Shown: positions 24,609 to 33,514, numbered from the stretch's first letter. The stretch: 37,716 nt of DNA from a virus (IMGVR_UViG_3300049140_000069:1-37716), one strand, 5' to 3'. Numbers and translations: made by a program. Notes: generated by a model not told the origin, from the letters alone.

Positions 24609-25451
24609 TCAGGCTGCCTTTCGGATCGTGCGGCGTCGTGTCGTGACCGGCTGGCCGGGCGCGAGGAGTGCCGGGTAGGTGGACGGTGCGGCGTGATGCC
24701 AGACGGCGTTGGCGAGGGCCCCACGGAATGCGCGGTGGGCTTCGCGGCCAGCGGGCATCTCGACGAGGGCGTGGGACTTGGCCCGCAGGTTGAGGACACC
24801 GGTGCGTTGGATCTTCGGCATCGGTTGCTCGGTGTCGTCCGGGAGGAGGACGGTCTCGCAGTAGCGGAGTGCGGCGAGCTGCTGTGTGTTCTCCGGGTAG
24901 ACAGACTTCGCGGAGCGGGTGGCGCTGGTCTTGAAGTCGATCAGCCAGAGTTCGAAGGTTCTGTTCTTGCCGGTGGGCAGCCAGATCATGAGGTCGGCGG
25001 TGCCGGCGTAGCCGAGGCGCCGGTGCAGGCAGGTGATCTCGGTGGCTTCGACGTGCTTGTCGATGTCGATGCCCCAGTAGGACAGCCATAGGTCGAACTG
25101 AGCGAGGTAGGGGGCGACTTCGAGGTCGCCTGGAACGGGGGCACCGAGGAGGCGCAGCTCGCACGCCTTGTGGATGCGGTCGCCGAGGTCGGCGGCCGTG
25201 GCTCGGGCGTCGCGGTGGATCTGCTTGATCTGCTTGGTGAGTTCGGTCCGGTCGGTAATGGCGCGGCGGGCGACTTCCATGCGGTTGTCGAGGATCCATT
25301 CGACGGTGAGCTTGACCGCCCACGGCATGAGGGCCCGCTTGTTGACGGAGGTGTCGAGGACGTTGGTGACGGAGACGAGGTCGGGTCCGCCGGCCGGGTC
25401 GGTGTAGTAGCGGCCGTTGTCGGTGTCGCGGGCGTGGCGAGGGCTGGTCAT
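24609..25451 (-). CDS. PD-(D/E)XK exonuclease (RecE/RecB-like)
   Basis: SVTNVL, G.RIH, E, GYAGTADL, IDFKT, QLAAL. Confidence 0.85.
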   Translation of the reverse strand: MTSPRHARDTDNGRYYTDPAGGPDLVSVTNVLDTSVNKRALMPWAVKLTVEWILDNRMEVARRAITDRTELTKQIKQIHRDARATAADLGDRIHKACELRLLGAPVPGDLEVAPYLAQFDLWLSYWGIDIDKHVEATEITCLHRRLGYAGTADLMIWLPTGKNRTFELWLIDFKTSATRSAKSVYPENTQQLAALRYCETVLLPDDTEQPMPKIQRTGVLNLRAKSHALVEMPAGREAHRAFRGALANAVWHHAAPSTYPALLAPGQPVTTRRRTIRKAA

Positions 25452-25696
25452 CAGAACGGGTTCCTTTGGTGCTGGGCGGTGGCGAGGCGGGGCCAGAGCG
25501 GGAGGCGCCAGGTGCGCATCTGGGTGAGGCAGTGGCAGTCGTCCCAGTCGCCGTAGCCGTCGGGGGTGACGTAGCCGTGGCCTCCGCGTCCGTGGCAGGC
25601 GGTGCAGTCGGGGTCGGCTTTCGGGTGGCGGGTCAGGTGGATGGCCCGCTGCTCGTACTCGATTTGCCAGTGTTTGATGGTGTGTGTGAGGTACAT
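25451..25696 (-). CDS. Small Zn-ribbon protein
   Basis: CTACHGRGG...CHC. Confidence 0.65.
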   Translation of the reverse strand: MYLTHTIKHWQIEYEQRAIHLTRHPKADPDCTACHGRGGHGYVTPDGYGDWDDCHCLTQMRTWRLPLWPRLATAQHQRNPF

Positions 25697-25824
25697 GAGG
25701 TCCGTTTCTGGGTGTGCTGAAGGAGGGCCCGCTCCGTTGGGGCGGGGGGTGCTCCGGCGGAGCGGGCCCTGGATGGCGGCGCGGAGTGAGGGGCTCAACA
25801 CGCCGCCGGCTGTGGGGTTGCGGG

Positions 25825-26367
25825 TCAGGTGGCGTCGGTGAGGGCGACGATCCGGTTGTGGGCCTCGTTGAAGTCCTCGGTGTCGAGGCCCATCCACGGC
25901 ACGCGGTACGTCATGTCGTAGAGGACTTCGAAGGAGTTGAGCCCGTCGGCCTTGTACTTGGCGGCTGCGGCCTCGATGTCGGCGTCGGTGTAGGTGCCGT
26001 TGCGGGTGACGTTGCCGGGCATGTAGGAGCTGCCGGGGGATTCGCACCAGGCCCAGCTGAGCTTGACGGCCAGGTCGCTGGCGGTGTGACTGCTGATGGC
26101 CGCCTGAACGGTTTCGGTGTCCTGCGTCCAGTCGATGCCGGACTGCACGAGGATCTCGACGCCCTTGAAGGCGGCCTCGCGGCGCATCGCTTCGGCGATG
26201 GCGAGGCCACCGTGGTGGCCGATCCGCCAGCGGGCCGGACTGTTGATGCTGTGCTCGTCCGGGAGCCGGAACACGAACAGTCCGGGCGCCGCCTGGATGG
26301 CGTCGCGGATGGTGTACCGCTGCTCTCCGTGGACGATCATCTTGTACTCGGTGATCTCACCGATCAT
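25825..26367 (-). CDS. Hypothetical protein
   Basis: GGAGGG RBS; 180 aa. Confidence 0.7.
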   Translation of the reverse strand: MIGEITEYKMIVHGEQRYTIRDAIQAAPGLFVFRLPDEHSINSPARWRIGHHGGLAIAEAMRREAAFKGVEILVQSGIDWTQDTETVQAAISSHTASDLAVKLSWAWCESPGSSYMPGNVTRNGTYTDADIEAAAAKYKADGLNSFEVLYDMTYRVPWMGLDTEDFNEAHNRIVALTDAT

Positions 26368-26435
26368 TGGGAATCCCTCCATGGGATGCTGGTGTCGGAT
26401 CCCCGGGCGGTACGAGCGTCCGGGGGTTCGTTGTG

Positions 26436-26636
26436 TCAGGCGGCGTCGGTTGCCTGGGGCTGGTTGGCGGCGACCGTCTTGAGGCCCTCGATGAACTCGT
26501 CGAGCCGGTCGACGGGGATGTAGCAGCCGCTGGGCGAGGTCTGGAGCCACAGGACGGGGCCCTGCTTCTCGTCCTCGATGAGTTCGGCGCCAGCCACGTC
26601 CTGGTCCGCGTCGATGAACTGGTAGGTCTTCTTCAT
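26436..26636 (-). CDS. Hypothetical protein
   Basis: AGGAG RBS. Confidence 0.7.
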   Translation of the reverse strand: MKKTYQFIDADQDVAGAELIEDEKQGPVLWLQTSPSGCYIPVDRLDEFIEGLKTVAANQPQATDAA

Positions 26637-26736
26637 GGGGTTCTCCTGGGTGTGGTGTCGGTCCCGCCCGGCCTCTCCGGGCGGGGTTCTTGTGCGCCGC
26701 CTCGCCGGCCAGTCGTCATCCGGCGCGGCGGCGGGT

Positions 26737-27054
26737 CTATGCGGCGGCGAGTTGGGCCGCGGTGACGATGGGCGTTTCGACGGTGTCGTCGGTGGCGACC
26801 CCCGCCAGGCGTTCGAGTTCGGCGATCCGGGAGTCGCGTTCCATCAGCTGTGCGACCTGCCGCTGGATGAGCTGTTCCGCGAGGACCAGCTCCCCGCCGG
26901 CGATCTCCACCTGCGCCTGTAGGGCACGGCAGCGGGCGGTGACGGCCATCAGGCGGCTGCGGTACCAGGCGAGGTCGTCGGTCAGGTTCGCGACCCTCTG
27001 CCGCAGCCGGATGTTGTCGGCGCCGGCCCGCCGCCTGCCCGTGCCGCGCATCAC
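26737..27054 (-). CDS. Coiled-coil hypothetical protein
   Basis: GGAGG RBS; coupling. Confidence 0.65.
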   Translation of the reverse strand: MMRGTGRRRAGADNIRLRQRVANLTDDLAWYRSRLMAVTARCRALQAQVEIAGGELVLAEQLIQRQVAQLMERDSRIAELERLAGVATDDTVETPIVTAAQLAAA

Positions 27055-27230
27055 GCTGCCTCCCTGCCGGTGGTGGGGTCGATCATGTTGAGGTCGAGTC
27101 CGCGGGCTGCCGCGTAGGCGATCCGCAGATCGTCGCGGCTGGTCCGCGAGTCGGCGGCTTCGACGGGGTCCTGAATGAACAGGCCGGGCGCGAAGTTGAG
27201 GCGCAGGTGGGCGAGCTGGGCGAGTGTCAT
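27051..27230 (-). CDS. 59-aa hypothetical protein (MTLAQLAHLRLNFAPG...)
   Basis: GGAGGA RBS; coupled at both ends. Confidence 0.6.
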   Translation of the reverse strand: MTLAQLAHLRLNFAPGLFIQDPVEAADSRTSRDDLRIAYAAARGLDLNMIDPTTGREAA

Positions 27231-27325
27231 CGGTCCTCCCGGCGGTCGATCCAGGCGTAGAACTGCTCGATCGCGAAGATCACGAAGATGGGTGCGACGA
27301 GGATGAACGGGGCGAGGACGGTCAC
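27227..27325 (-). CDS. 32-aa single-TM peptide
   Basis: VLAPFILVAPIFVIFAI; coupled at both ends. Confidence 0.5.
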   Translation of the reverse strand: MTVLAPFILVAPIFVIFAIEQFYAWIDRREDR

Positions 27326-27540
27326 GGCCCCTCCAGGAGGTCGCAGCCGGCGGCCAGGTCGTGTCGCAGTTCGCGGGCGTCGGCGAGTTGCTGTTCGAGG
27401 TCGGCGATCCGGGCGTTGAGCCGGGCGATCGCGGCGAGGCTGTCGGTGTCGACCTGGGGCGGCGTGTCCGTAAGCCAGCGGGCGAGGCCCGGCACGGATA
27501 TGACGGGCGGCAGCGCCCCCAGGTCGACTTGTGCGCTCAT
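27322..27540 (-). CDS. Hypothetical protein
   Basis: AGGAG RBS; ATGA coupling. Confidence 0.6.
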   Translation of the reverse strand: MSAQVDLGALPPVISVPGLARWLTDTPPQVDTDSLAAIARLNARIADLEQQLADARELRHDLAAGCDLLEGP

Positions 27541-27740
27541 GAGGCCGTCTCCTGCTCGTGCGTCCGCAGCCAGTGGCGGCGGTGGTTGTAGCGGATGTGG
27601 ACCTGCTCGATGCGGTCGAGGTACTCGGCCGGCGTCCACGGCTTCACACCGCGGGCCCGGCGAGCCATCTCCTCCTCGACACGGGCGAGTGCGTCCTGCT
27701 CCAGGTCGGCGAGCGGGCGGGACTCGGTCGCGGTCGCCAT
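27537..27740 (-). CDS. Hypothetical protein
   Basis: GGGGAG RBS. Confidence 0.65.
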   Translation of the reverse strand: MATATESRPLADLEQDALARVEEEMARRARGVKPWTPAEYLDRIEQVHIRYNHRRHWLRTHEQETAS

Positions 27741-27741
27741 G

Positions 27742-27966
27742 TCACGCCACTCCCCGCAGTCGCCGGGCCCGGTTGTGGGCGGCGGCCTCGGCGGCGACAG
27801 TGGCGAGCTTGTCGATCGCGGCCTGCGACGACGGCGGCAACGCCACCGACACCGGGCCGACGATGACGAACGCGTGCCCCTCGTGGACCTCGAAACGGAT
27901 CTCGTCCGGGTTGTCGCCCAGGCTCATCGTCTGGGACAGGATCTGCGTCGGGTTCTCGATCATCAC
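27742..27966 (-). CDS. Hypothetical protein
   Basis: GAGGAGG RBS; coupling. Confidence 0.65.
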   Translation of the reverse strand: MMIENPTQILSQTMSLGDNPDEIRFEVHEGHAFVIVGPVSVALPPSSQAAIDKLATVAAEAAAHNRARRLRGVA

Positions 27967-28955
27967 GCCTCCTCGGCGGGGTCGATGGTGCGGATAGCGG
28001 GGTGCATCCCGGCCTGCTTGGCGGCGGTGGGCTCGTCGGTCAGCGCGGCGCCGACCTCGTACAGCAGCCGCGCGGCCTGCGGGTTGGTCTCTCGCTCGTC
28101 GCGCCAGACGCGGAGGGTGTCGAGTCCTCGCTGGACGGCTGCCTCGGCCGTCTCGGCGCGGTCGCGCCAGCGCTGCTTACCGGCCTTGTGGTGCTCGACC
28201 TCGCGGCGCAGTTCCGGCAGCGTGCTCCGGTGCAGGAAGGCGATGTCCTCGCGCTCGCGGGCCAGTTCCGCCTTGAGTCGCTGGACCTCCGCGAGTAGGG
28301 CGGCGAGGTGGCGGCTGACGATCGCCGCCGACTTGTCCGACATCATCGCCAGCAGGTCCAGCGACTGGATCTCCGCGATCCGCTCGTCGGTCAGGGGCTT
28401 CGGCTGGTCGCCGACCGGCACCGGCAGCGCACCCAACGCGGCCACAGCGGCGGCCGTCTCCTCGGCGCGGGCCTCCTCCCACTCGTCCTCGGTCACCGGG
28501 TCCACGTGGGTGAGGCAGATGTACGAGCCCTCCCCCTCAACCCAGACCACAGGGTGGCCGCTGGCCGACACCTGGGCTGCAGTGCGGGTACGGGTGACCA
28601 GCCGGCGAGCGTCAGAGGCGTCCTCCGGCCGGAAGCCCGCGTAGGCGAACACCGGCGTGCCAACCGGGTGGCGGTCGTTGAAGGCGTCGACCTGACGTTG
28701 CGCCTCGGCCTTCTCAGCCGCCTTTTTCGCCTGGTACTCGGCCTGGTACTCGGCTTCGACCTTCTCCCGGTGCGCCTTAATCAACGCGCGGGCGTCGTCG
28801 TCGGTGACGCCGGCCTCGCGCAACGGCTGGCACGGCCAGGCGATCGGGTCGTCCAGGCTGTCCTCGTCGTCGGGCGTGCAGTGCAGGCAGTAGAACCCGC
28901 CGAAGATGAGCTCGTCCCAGTCGTGCAGCTTCAGCAGCTCGGTGCGGTCGCTCAT
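27963..28955 (-). CDS. Mosaic hypothetical phage protein
   Basis: 330-aa ORF; CLHC module, FNDRHPVGTPV module, coiled coil. Confidence 0.75.
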   Translation of the reverse strand: MSDRTELLKLHDWDELIFGGFYCLHCTPDDEDSLDDPIAWPCQPLREAGVTDDDARALIKAHREKVEAEYQAEYQAKKAAEKAEAQRQVDAFNDRHPVGTPVFAYAGFRPEDASDARRLVTRTRTAAQVSASGHPVVWVEGEGSYICLTHVDPVTEDEWEEARAEETAAAVAALGALPVPVGDQPKPLTDERIAEIQSLDLLAMMSDKSAAIVSRHLAALLAEVQRLKAELAREREDIAFLHRSTLPELRREVEHHKAGKQRWRDRAETAEAAVQRGLDTLRVWRDERETNPQAARLLYEVGAALTDEPTAAKQAGMHPAIRTIDPAEEA

Positions 28956-29446
28956 CGGGTCGCCTCCTCGCCGAAGCGGATCAGCTTGGACGGGTAGTGG
29001 CCGCCGCCCTTCAGCGGGTCGATCTCGTCGGCCGCATGGCGGAACTCTCGAGGCGTGGTCTTCTCGCCCTCGGCCTCCAACTTGGCTGCCGCCATGCGGA
29101 GGTCCTTCGCCGCCTCCTCGACGGCCCGGTTTCCGATGGCCTGCTGGTAGCGCAGGTGGACGTCCTCGGCGAGGCTGGCGGCGAGGAAGGCGTGCACCTC
29201 GGACGGGGTGACGGAGAAGCGAGACAGGTACTCAGACTCCTCGATCACCGCACCGTTGACCTCCAGCTTGCTGAGGAGCCGGGACAGCTCGTACTGGGCG
29301 GCCAACGCCTCGGTACCGGGGTCGGTGGTGTCATCCATGAACTGCTGGAGGCAGGCGCTCACTCGCTTCGCTGCGGCGGCCACCTCGTTCCGCTCGATGC
29401 GCAGGCGCTCGATCTCGCGCTCCGGCGTCTGGGATGATGGCTTCAC
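28952..29446 (-). CDS. Hypothetical protein
   Basis: AAAGGGG RBS. Confidence 0.7.
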   Translation of the reverse strand: MKPSSQTPEREIERLRIERNEVAAAAKRVSACLQQFMDDTTDPGTEALAAQYELSRLLSKLEVNGAVIEESEYLSRFSVTPSEVHAFLAASLAEDVHLRYQQAIGNRAVEEAAKDLRMAAAKLEAEGEKTTPREFRHAADEIDPLKGGGHYPSKLIRFGEEATR

Positions 29447-29529
29447 GTGAAGCCCCTTTCGTTTCGTGTGTTCCGGTAGGGGTGGATCGCGAGGCCGTTC
29501 CCGTAGGCGCGGGGCGGCCTCTTTGCCGT

Positions 29530-29802
29530 TCAGGCGGCGGCGCGGGTCGGCTCGTGCTGGAGCTGCGGGGTGGCGTAGTCCGGGATGCCGAGGTACTCAG
29601 CGACCGCTCGGGCGGGGAACCGGAGGGTTCGCCGGCTGCTGTCCGGGGTGGCGATGTCGATGACACATCCGCGGGCGGTGAACTCGGGGTCGTCGTCGAC
29701 CCGCATGCGGATCCACATGTCGCTGACCTTGAGCCACTCGCGAAGCTCTGCCTTGGTGAGCAGGGGGGTGTGCAGCTGCGTGGGGGTGAGGGGCTGGTCC
29801 AC
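29530..29802 (-). CDS. Excisionase-like DNA-binding protein
   Basis: LLTKAELREWLKVSDMWI...RTLRFP..AVAEYL; AAGGAGGAG RBS; follows the cro-like gene. Confidence 0.7.
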   Translation of the reverse strand: MDQPLTPTQLHTPLLTKAELREWLKVSDMWIRMRVDDDPEFTARGCVIDIATPDSSRRTLRFPARAVAEYLGIPDYATPQLQHEPTRAAA

Positions 29803-29868
29803 TACTCCTCCTTTCATCTGGTGTGGACGATCTTTCGGTGAATGTGGAAACCGTTGGCGCGAAAAAGG

Positions 29869-30120
29869 TCACGCAGGGGCGGAGGTGTCGAACAGTTCCT
29901 CGATGGACTTGTCGAGCGCTCGGGCGACCAGGTCGCAGGAGCGGTCCCTGAAGGGGGTCCGTCCACTGGGGCCGCGGGAGACCATGTGACCCACGGTGGC
30001 GCGACTGATGCCGTAGCCGAGGGGGTCCACTTCTCGGGTCTTCTCGGCGAGGCGCTCGATGGACAGGCCGGCTTCCCGCATCGCGTCTCGTATGGGTTGG
30101 CCGTTGTCCCGTCTGTGCAT
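29869..30120 (-). CDS. Cro-like XRE protein
   Basis: IRDAMREAGLSIERLAE...ISRATVGHM...ARAL..SIEELF; divergent from the repressor. Confidence 0.8.
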   Translation of the reverse strand: MHRRDNGQPIRDAMREAGLSIERLAEKTREVDPLGYGISRATVGHMVSRGPSGRTPFRDRSCDLVARALDKSIEELFDTSAPA

Positions 30121-30160
30121 GGGGTGCCCTTTCAAGGCCGAGAGGTGTTGTGCGTGGCCG

Positions 30161-30362
30161 AATGTGGAAGCTCGGCCGTCGGCTTCGTTTCCACATTCAA
30201 TGTTGGATGTGGATAGATGTCAAGGCTCACTGCATGGTAGGTAGCGTTGGCCAGCGCTTCCGCATATGCCAATGCTTCCGCATGTGGAAACCAATGCTGG
30301 TCAGATGGGGTGAGACGACTTGTCTGCACGGCACGCGATGCACAATGCTTCTACATGTGGAT
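30161..30362. promoter_or_regulatory. Immunity region with repeated ATGTGGA(A) half-sites
   Basis: Half-sites near 30162, 30189 (reverse), 30207, 30258 (reverse); near-palindromes TTCCGCATGTGGAA 30276-30289 and TTCTACATGTGGAT 30349-30362; another half-site at 29842. Confidence 0.7.
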
Positions 30363-30710
30363 GACCTTGCGCGCTTGATCACCAGACTGATGGACGAGAA
30401 GGGATGGACACTGTCCACCCTCGCCCGGCGCTCAGGCCTGTCCACCTCCACCCTCCACAGCTGGAAGAGCGGAGACCGCGCAACGGGCAGCCGTGGCCCC
30501 AGCCCCGACAAACTCCGCCAGCTCGCTGACGGCGCCGGACTCACCGTCGCCGAAGTCTTCGAAGCAGCCGGCCGCCACGTCCCCACCGCCATTGACGACG
30601 AGGAAGAGCGCCGCTTCCTCCACCTCTTCCGCGCCCTCGACAGCCAAGACCGCAGGGTGGTCGAGGCGACGATGCAGGCGATGCGGGAGCGACAGAAGTC
30701 AGCCCCCTGA
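30345..30710 (+). CDS. CI-like XRE repressor (start may be GTG 30357)
   Basis: LMDEKGWTLSTLARRSGLSTSTLHSWKSG...PSPDKLRQLADG. Confidence 0.88.
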   Translation: MLLHVDDLARLITRLMDEKGWTLSTLARRSGLSTSTLHSWKSGDRATGSRGPSPDKLRQLADGAGLTVAEVFEAAGRHVPTAIDDEEERRFLHLFRALDSQDRRVVEATMQAMRERQKSAP

Positions 30711-30878
30711 CGAAGATTCACCCGTTCGGAGTACAACCTTCTGCGGAGTCCAGCTTCAACATCACTAATCTCGAATGGGCGCTTCACGAACGGTAGTTGT
30801 CAGTTGTACCGTCGAAGCTCCGCCGTACCTCCACCTGCGGCCGGGAACGCAACCGTTTCATGGGCTCATGGGGGTCGT

Positions 30879-31142
30879 ATGTGCGCAATCGTGATCGTGG
30901 AGGACTTCGCTCCGGTCGCGCCGCGGTGGGACAGGGACAGGGTCGCGATTCTCATCGGGCGCGGCCTCGACCACTTCGGGATGCTGCGGCAAGTGCAGGC
31001 CATGCTCACCTACCTGGGAGCCCCGCAGACAGGCGTCAGCGCTACATGCTGGTGCGGCGACTACATAGAGGTGCCCACGGCTCCCCCGTTCCCCCAGCAG
31101 CTCACCGCGCCTCGGCAGAAGGAGGTCGGCCATGCCCCGTAA
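30879..31142 (+). CDS. Small CWCG-motif protein between repressor and integrase
   Basis: GGGGG RBS; contains the integrase RBS (AAGGAGG) and overlaps its start. Confidence 0.7.
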   Translation: MCAIVIVEDFAPVAPRWDRDRVAILIGRGLDHFGMLRQVQAMLTYLGAPQTGVSATCWCGDYIEVPTAPPFPQQLTAPRQKEVGHAP

Positions 31143-32415
31143 GGCTGCCAACAACCCCAGGCAGATCAGCGTCAAGTCCTGCGGCTGCAAGACGTGCACG
31201 GCCAGGTTCAGGCCCGGTGAGGAGTCGACCCGGAAGACCTGCACGGGGCCGTGGCAGGCCCGCTACCGCGACCCGTCCGGTAAGCAGCGCGCGAAGACGT
31301 TCTCCGGCGAAGGGGCGAAGAAGAAGGCCGAGGCGTTCCTCGACAAGACCCGCGACAAGGTCCGCAGCGGCAGTTTCGTCGACCTGGACCGCGGCAAGGT
31401 CACGGTCGCCGAGTGGTACGAGAAGTGGCGGCCGACCCGCCGCATCGCCGTCAACACGACCGAGACGGCCACCAGCGTCTGGACGAACCACGTCGAGCCG
31501 GCGTTCGGGGCGTGGCCACTCACCTCGATCGGTCACCTTGACGTCGAAGCGTGGGTGGCTCGGCTGGACATAAAGGTCGGCAGGGCCACCATCGAGAAGG
31601 CATTCCGGATGCTCGACGGGATGATGAAGGCCGCGGTCCGGGACCGGCGCATCCCCCACAATCCGTGCGACGGGGTGAAGCTGCCGAAGGGGCAGCCCAA
31701 GCATCCCGACGACCTCATGCCGCCCACCTACGACCAGCTGGCCGAGATCCGCGGCGAGTTCCCCGAGCACTACCATCCGATGCTGATCGTGGCAGAGGAG
31801 ACGGGTCTGCGCTGGGGTGAGCTGGTGGGCTTGCGGCGCTGCTGGGTGGACCTCGACGGGGCCGCTATCCAGGTCCGGGAGACCATCATCCAGGTGGGCG
31901 GCAAGCCGCAGCGCAAGGCGTACCCGAAGTCGGCGGCCGGCTGCCGCACGGTTCCCCTGTCGGACCGGGCCCGCCGTGCTTTGAAGGCCCATCTGGAGGC
32001 GCATCCCGCTGCCCCCACCCGTACTGCTGTGAGTAGCGGCATGCATCCTGAGGAGCTGGTGTTCCGGTCCCCGTGGGCCGGCAAGAAGGTGAAGGGGCGG
32101 CCTCCCTTCGACGGGGTGCTCGAGCGGGCGAACTTCTGGCTGAAGTGGAACCGCGCTACGGAGAGCACGGGGATCGCGCGGCAGGTGGAGAACAGGGCCA
32201 CGGGGCGGATCGAGCGGTGGCCGCACTTCCACGACATCCGGCATGCGTTCGCGTCGCGGCTGCACTCACTGGGGATTCCGGAGGCGGACGCGCAGCGGAT
32301 CCTGGGGCACGAGCGGGGCGGGCGGATCACGTGGCTGTACACGCATGCATCGGCGGATTCGGTGTCGACGGTGCGGGATGCGTTGGATCAGGGGCGGCTC
32401 CGGAGGGTGGTGTGA
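31132..32415 (+). CDS. int: Tyrosine integrase
   Basis: Arm-binding WQARYRDPSGKQRAKTF; catalytic TGLRWGE, HDIRH, LGH, LYTH. Confidence 0.97.
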   Translation: MPRKAANNPRQISVKSCGCKTCTARFRPGEESTRKTCTGPWQARYRDPSGKQRAKTFSGEGAKKKAEAFLDKTRDKVRSGSFVDLDRGKVTVAEWYEKWRPTRRIAVNTTETATSVWTNHVEPAFGAWPLTSIGHLDVEAWVARLDIKVGRATIEKAFRMLDGMMKAAVRDRRIPHNPCDGVKLPKGQPKHPDDLMPPTYDQLAEIRGEFPEHYHPMLIVAEETGLRWGELVGLRRCWVDLDGAAIQVRETIIQVGGKPQRKAYPKSAAGCRTVPLSDRARRALKAHLEAHPAAPTRTAVSSGMHPEELVFRSPWAGKKVKGRPPFDGVLERANFWLKWNRATESTGIARQVENRATGRIERWPHFHDIRHAFASRLHSLGIPEADAQRILGHERGGRITWLYTHASADSVSTVRDALDQGRLRRVV

Positions 32416-32425
32416 AAGTCCGCGT

Positions 32426-32802
32426 GAAGTCCACAACCCGTCCACACCACCACGTCAACTCACATCTACTTACATCAGAAAGTGGTGTGTTCGGGGTGTG
32501 CGGTGACCTGGACTTTCACCGACCGCGAGCCGTCCACCAGTGTGGAAGATCCGTCCGCATTGGGAGTCCATTTTCCGCGTCACGGAAATCGTCGGCACCT
32601 CACCCGACAGCGTCGACCAGGCCGTACGCAACGGCATCGACCGCGCCTCGCAGACGCTGCGGAACCTGGACTGGTTCGAGGTGACCCAGGTGCGCGGCCA
32701 GATCGAGGACGGGCGGGTCGCCCACTACCAGGTGGGACTGAAGGTCGGCTTCCGCCTGGAGGCCACGGACTGAGCGAGGTGGAAGTCCACATCCCGTCCA
32801 CA
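32426..32802. other. Putative attP: arm-type repeats flanking a core site
   Basis: GAAGTCCACAWCCCGTCCACA at 32426-32446 and 32782-32802 (20/21 identical); core-like TTTCC-GCGTCAC-GGAAA at 32572-32588. Confidence 0.75.
32576..32773 (+). pseudogene. Dodecin (flavin-binding protein) gene lacking its native 5' codons
   Basis: RVTEIVGTSPDSVDQAVRNGI.RASQTLRNLDWFEVTQVRGQIEDG.VAHYQVGLKVGFRLE; usual MS.HTY start replaced by ...WESIF; in-frame GTG at 32540 has no RBS. Confidence 0.85.
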
Positions 32803-33283
32803 ACGCGCCAGGAGACCACTCGTCCACACGCAGCGCAGGATGACCCGAGCGGGCCATTCCATTGCAGCGCGCATCCAGTTAGCCTGTGGATCACCTGGGG
32901 AGGGATGGCGCCTCATGCGCGGCCCTCAGACGCACCCCCACGCGTGTACCGGTGGGGAACAGGGGGTGGAGCCTCGACTCCACCGGAGACGGCCCCCGCC
33001 GGGATTCTCGGCGGGGGCCGCTGCCGTAGACAGTAGACCGCCCCGCGACGTGTGTCGTTGGAGGCGGTCGCCCTTTTGCGGTTCTGTGATGAGCGAGCGG
33101 CGGTCGGCGGACGCACCTACGCACGGCCGCCGCTCGCGTGTCCGCCGCTCCCCCGGGGGATAGGTTGCGGCGGACCGGAGGCCTGCTCTTGGTCGGGGAG
33201 CAGGCTGGCCCTAGGCAGCATGATCGAAAAGTGCCTCAAATATGCTGCTGACTTATGATCTTGGTCGGTAAACGGTTGGTCGG

Positions 33284-33514
33284 GTGCCAGCTGATCTGCC
33301 CGAGTGGGTCCCTCAGGCCCGCCGGGCCGTCGGCGACCGCATCCGCGTGCGACGCCTCCACCAGAACATGACCCAGGAGACGCTCGCCGCAGTCAGCGGC
33401 CTGGACCGCAGCACCATCCAGAGGATGGAAGCCGGCCAGGAGATGAAGCTGAGTCACCTGTTGGTGGTGGCTCACGCTCTGCGTGTGCACGTCGTCGACC
33501 TCCTTCACGGCTAG
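33284..33514 (+). CDS. XRE family HTH regulator
   Basis: VGDRIRVRRLHQNMTQETLAAVSGLDRSTIQRMEAG. Confidence 0.9.
   Translation: MPADLPEWVPQARRAVGDRIRVRRLHQNMTQETLAAVSGLDRSTIQRMEAGQEMKLSHLLVVAHALRVHVVDLLHG

Noticed and set aside
24609-25451. Cas4 call
   Set aside because: No four-Cys Fe-S cluster pattern; ordinary phage exonuclease context
32416-32575. tRNA fragment as att core
   Set aside because: No T-loop or acceptor-stem sequence; homology is to dodecin
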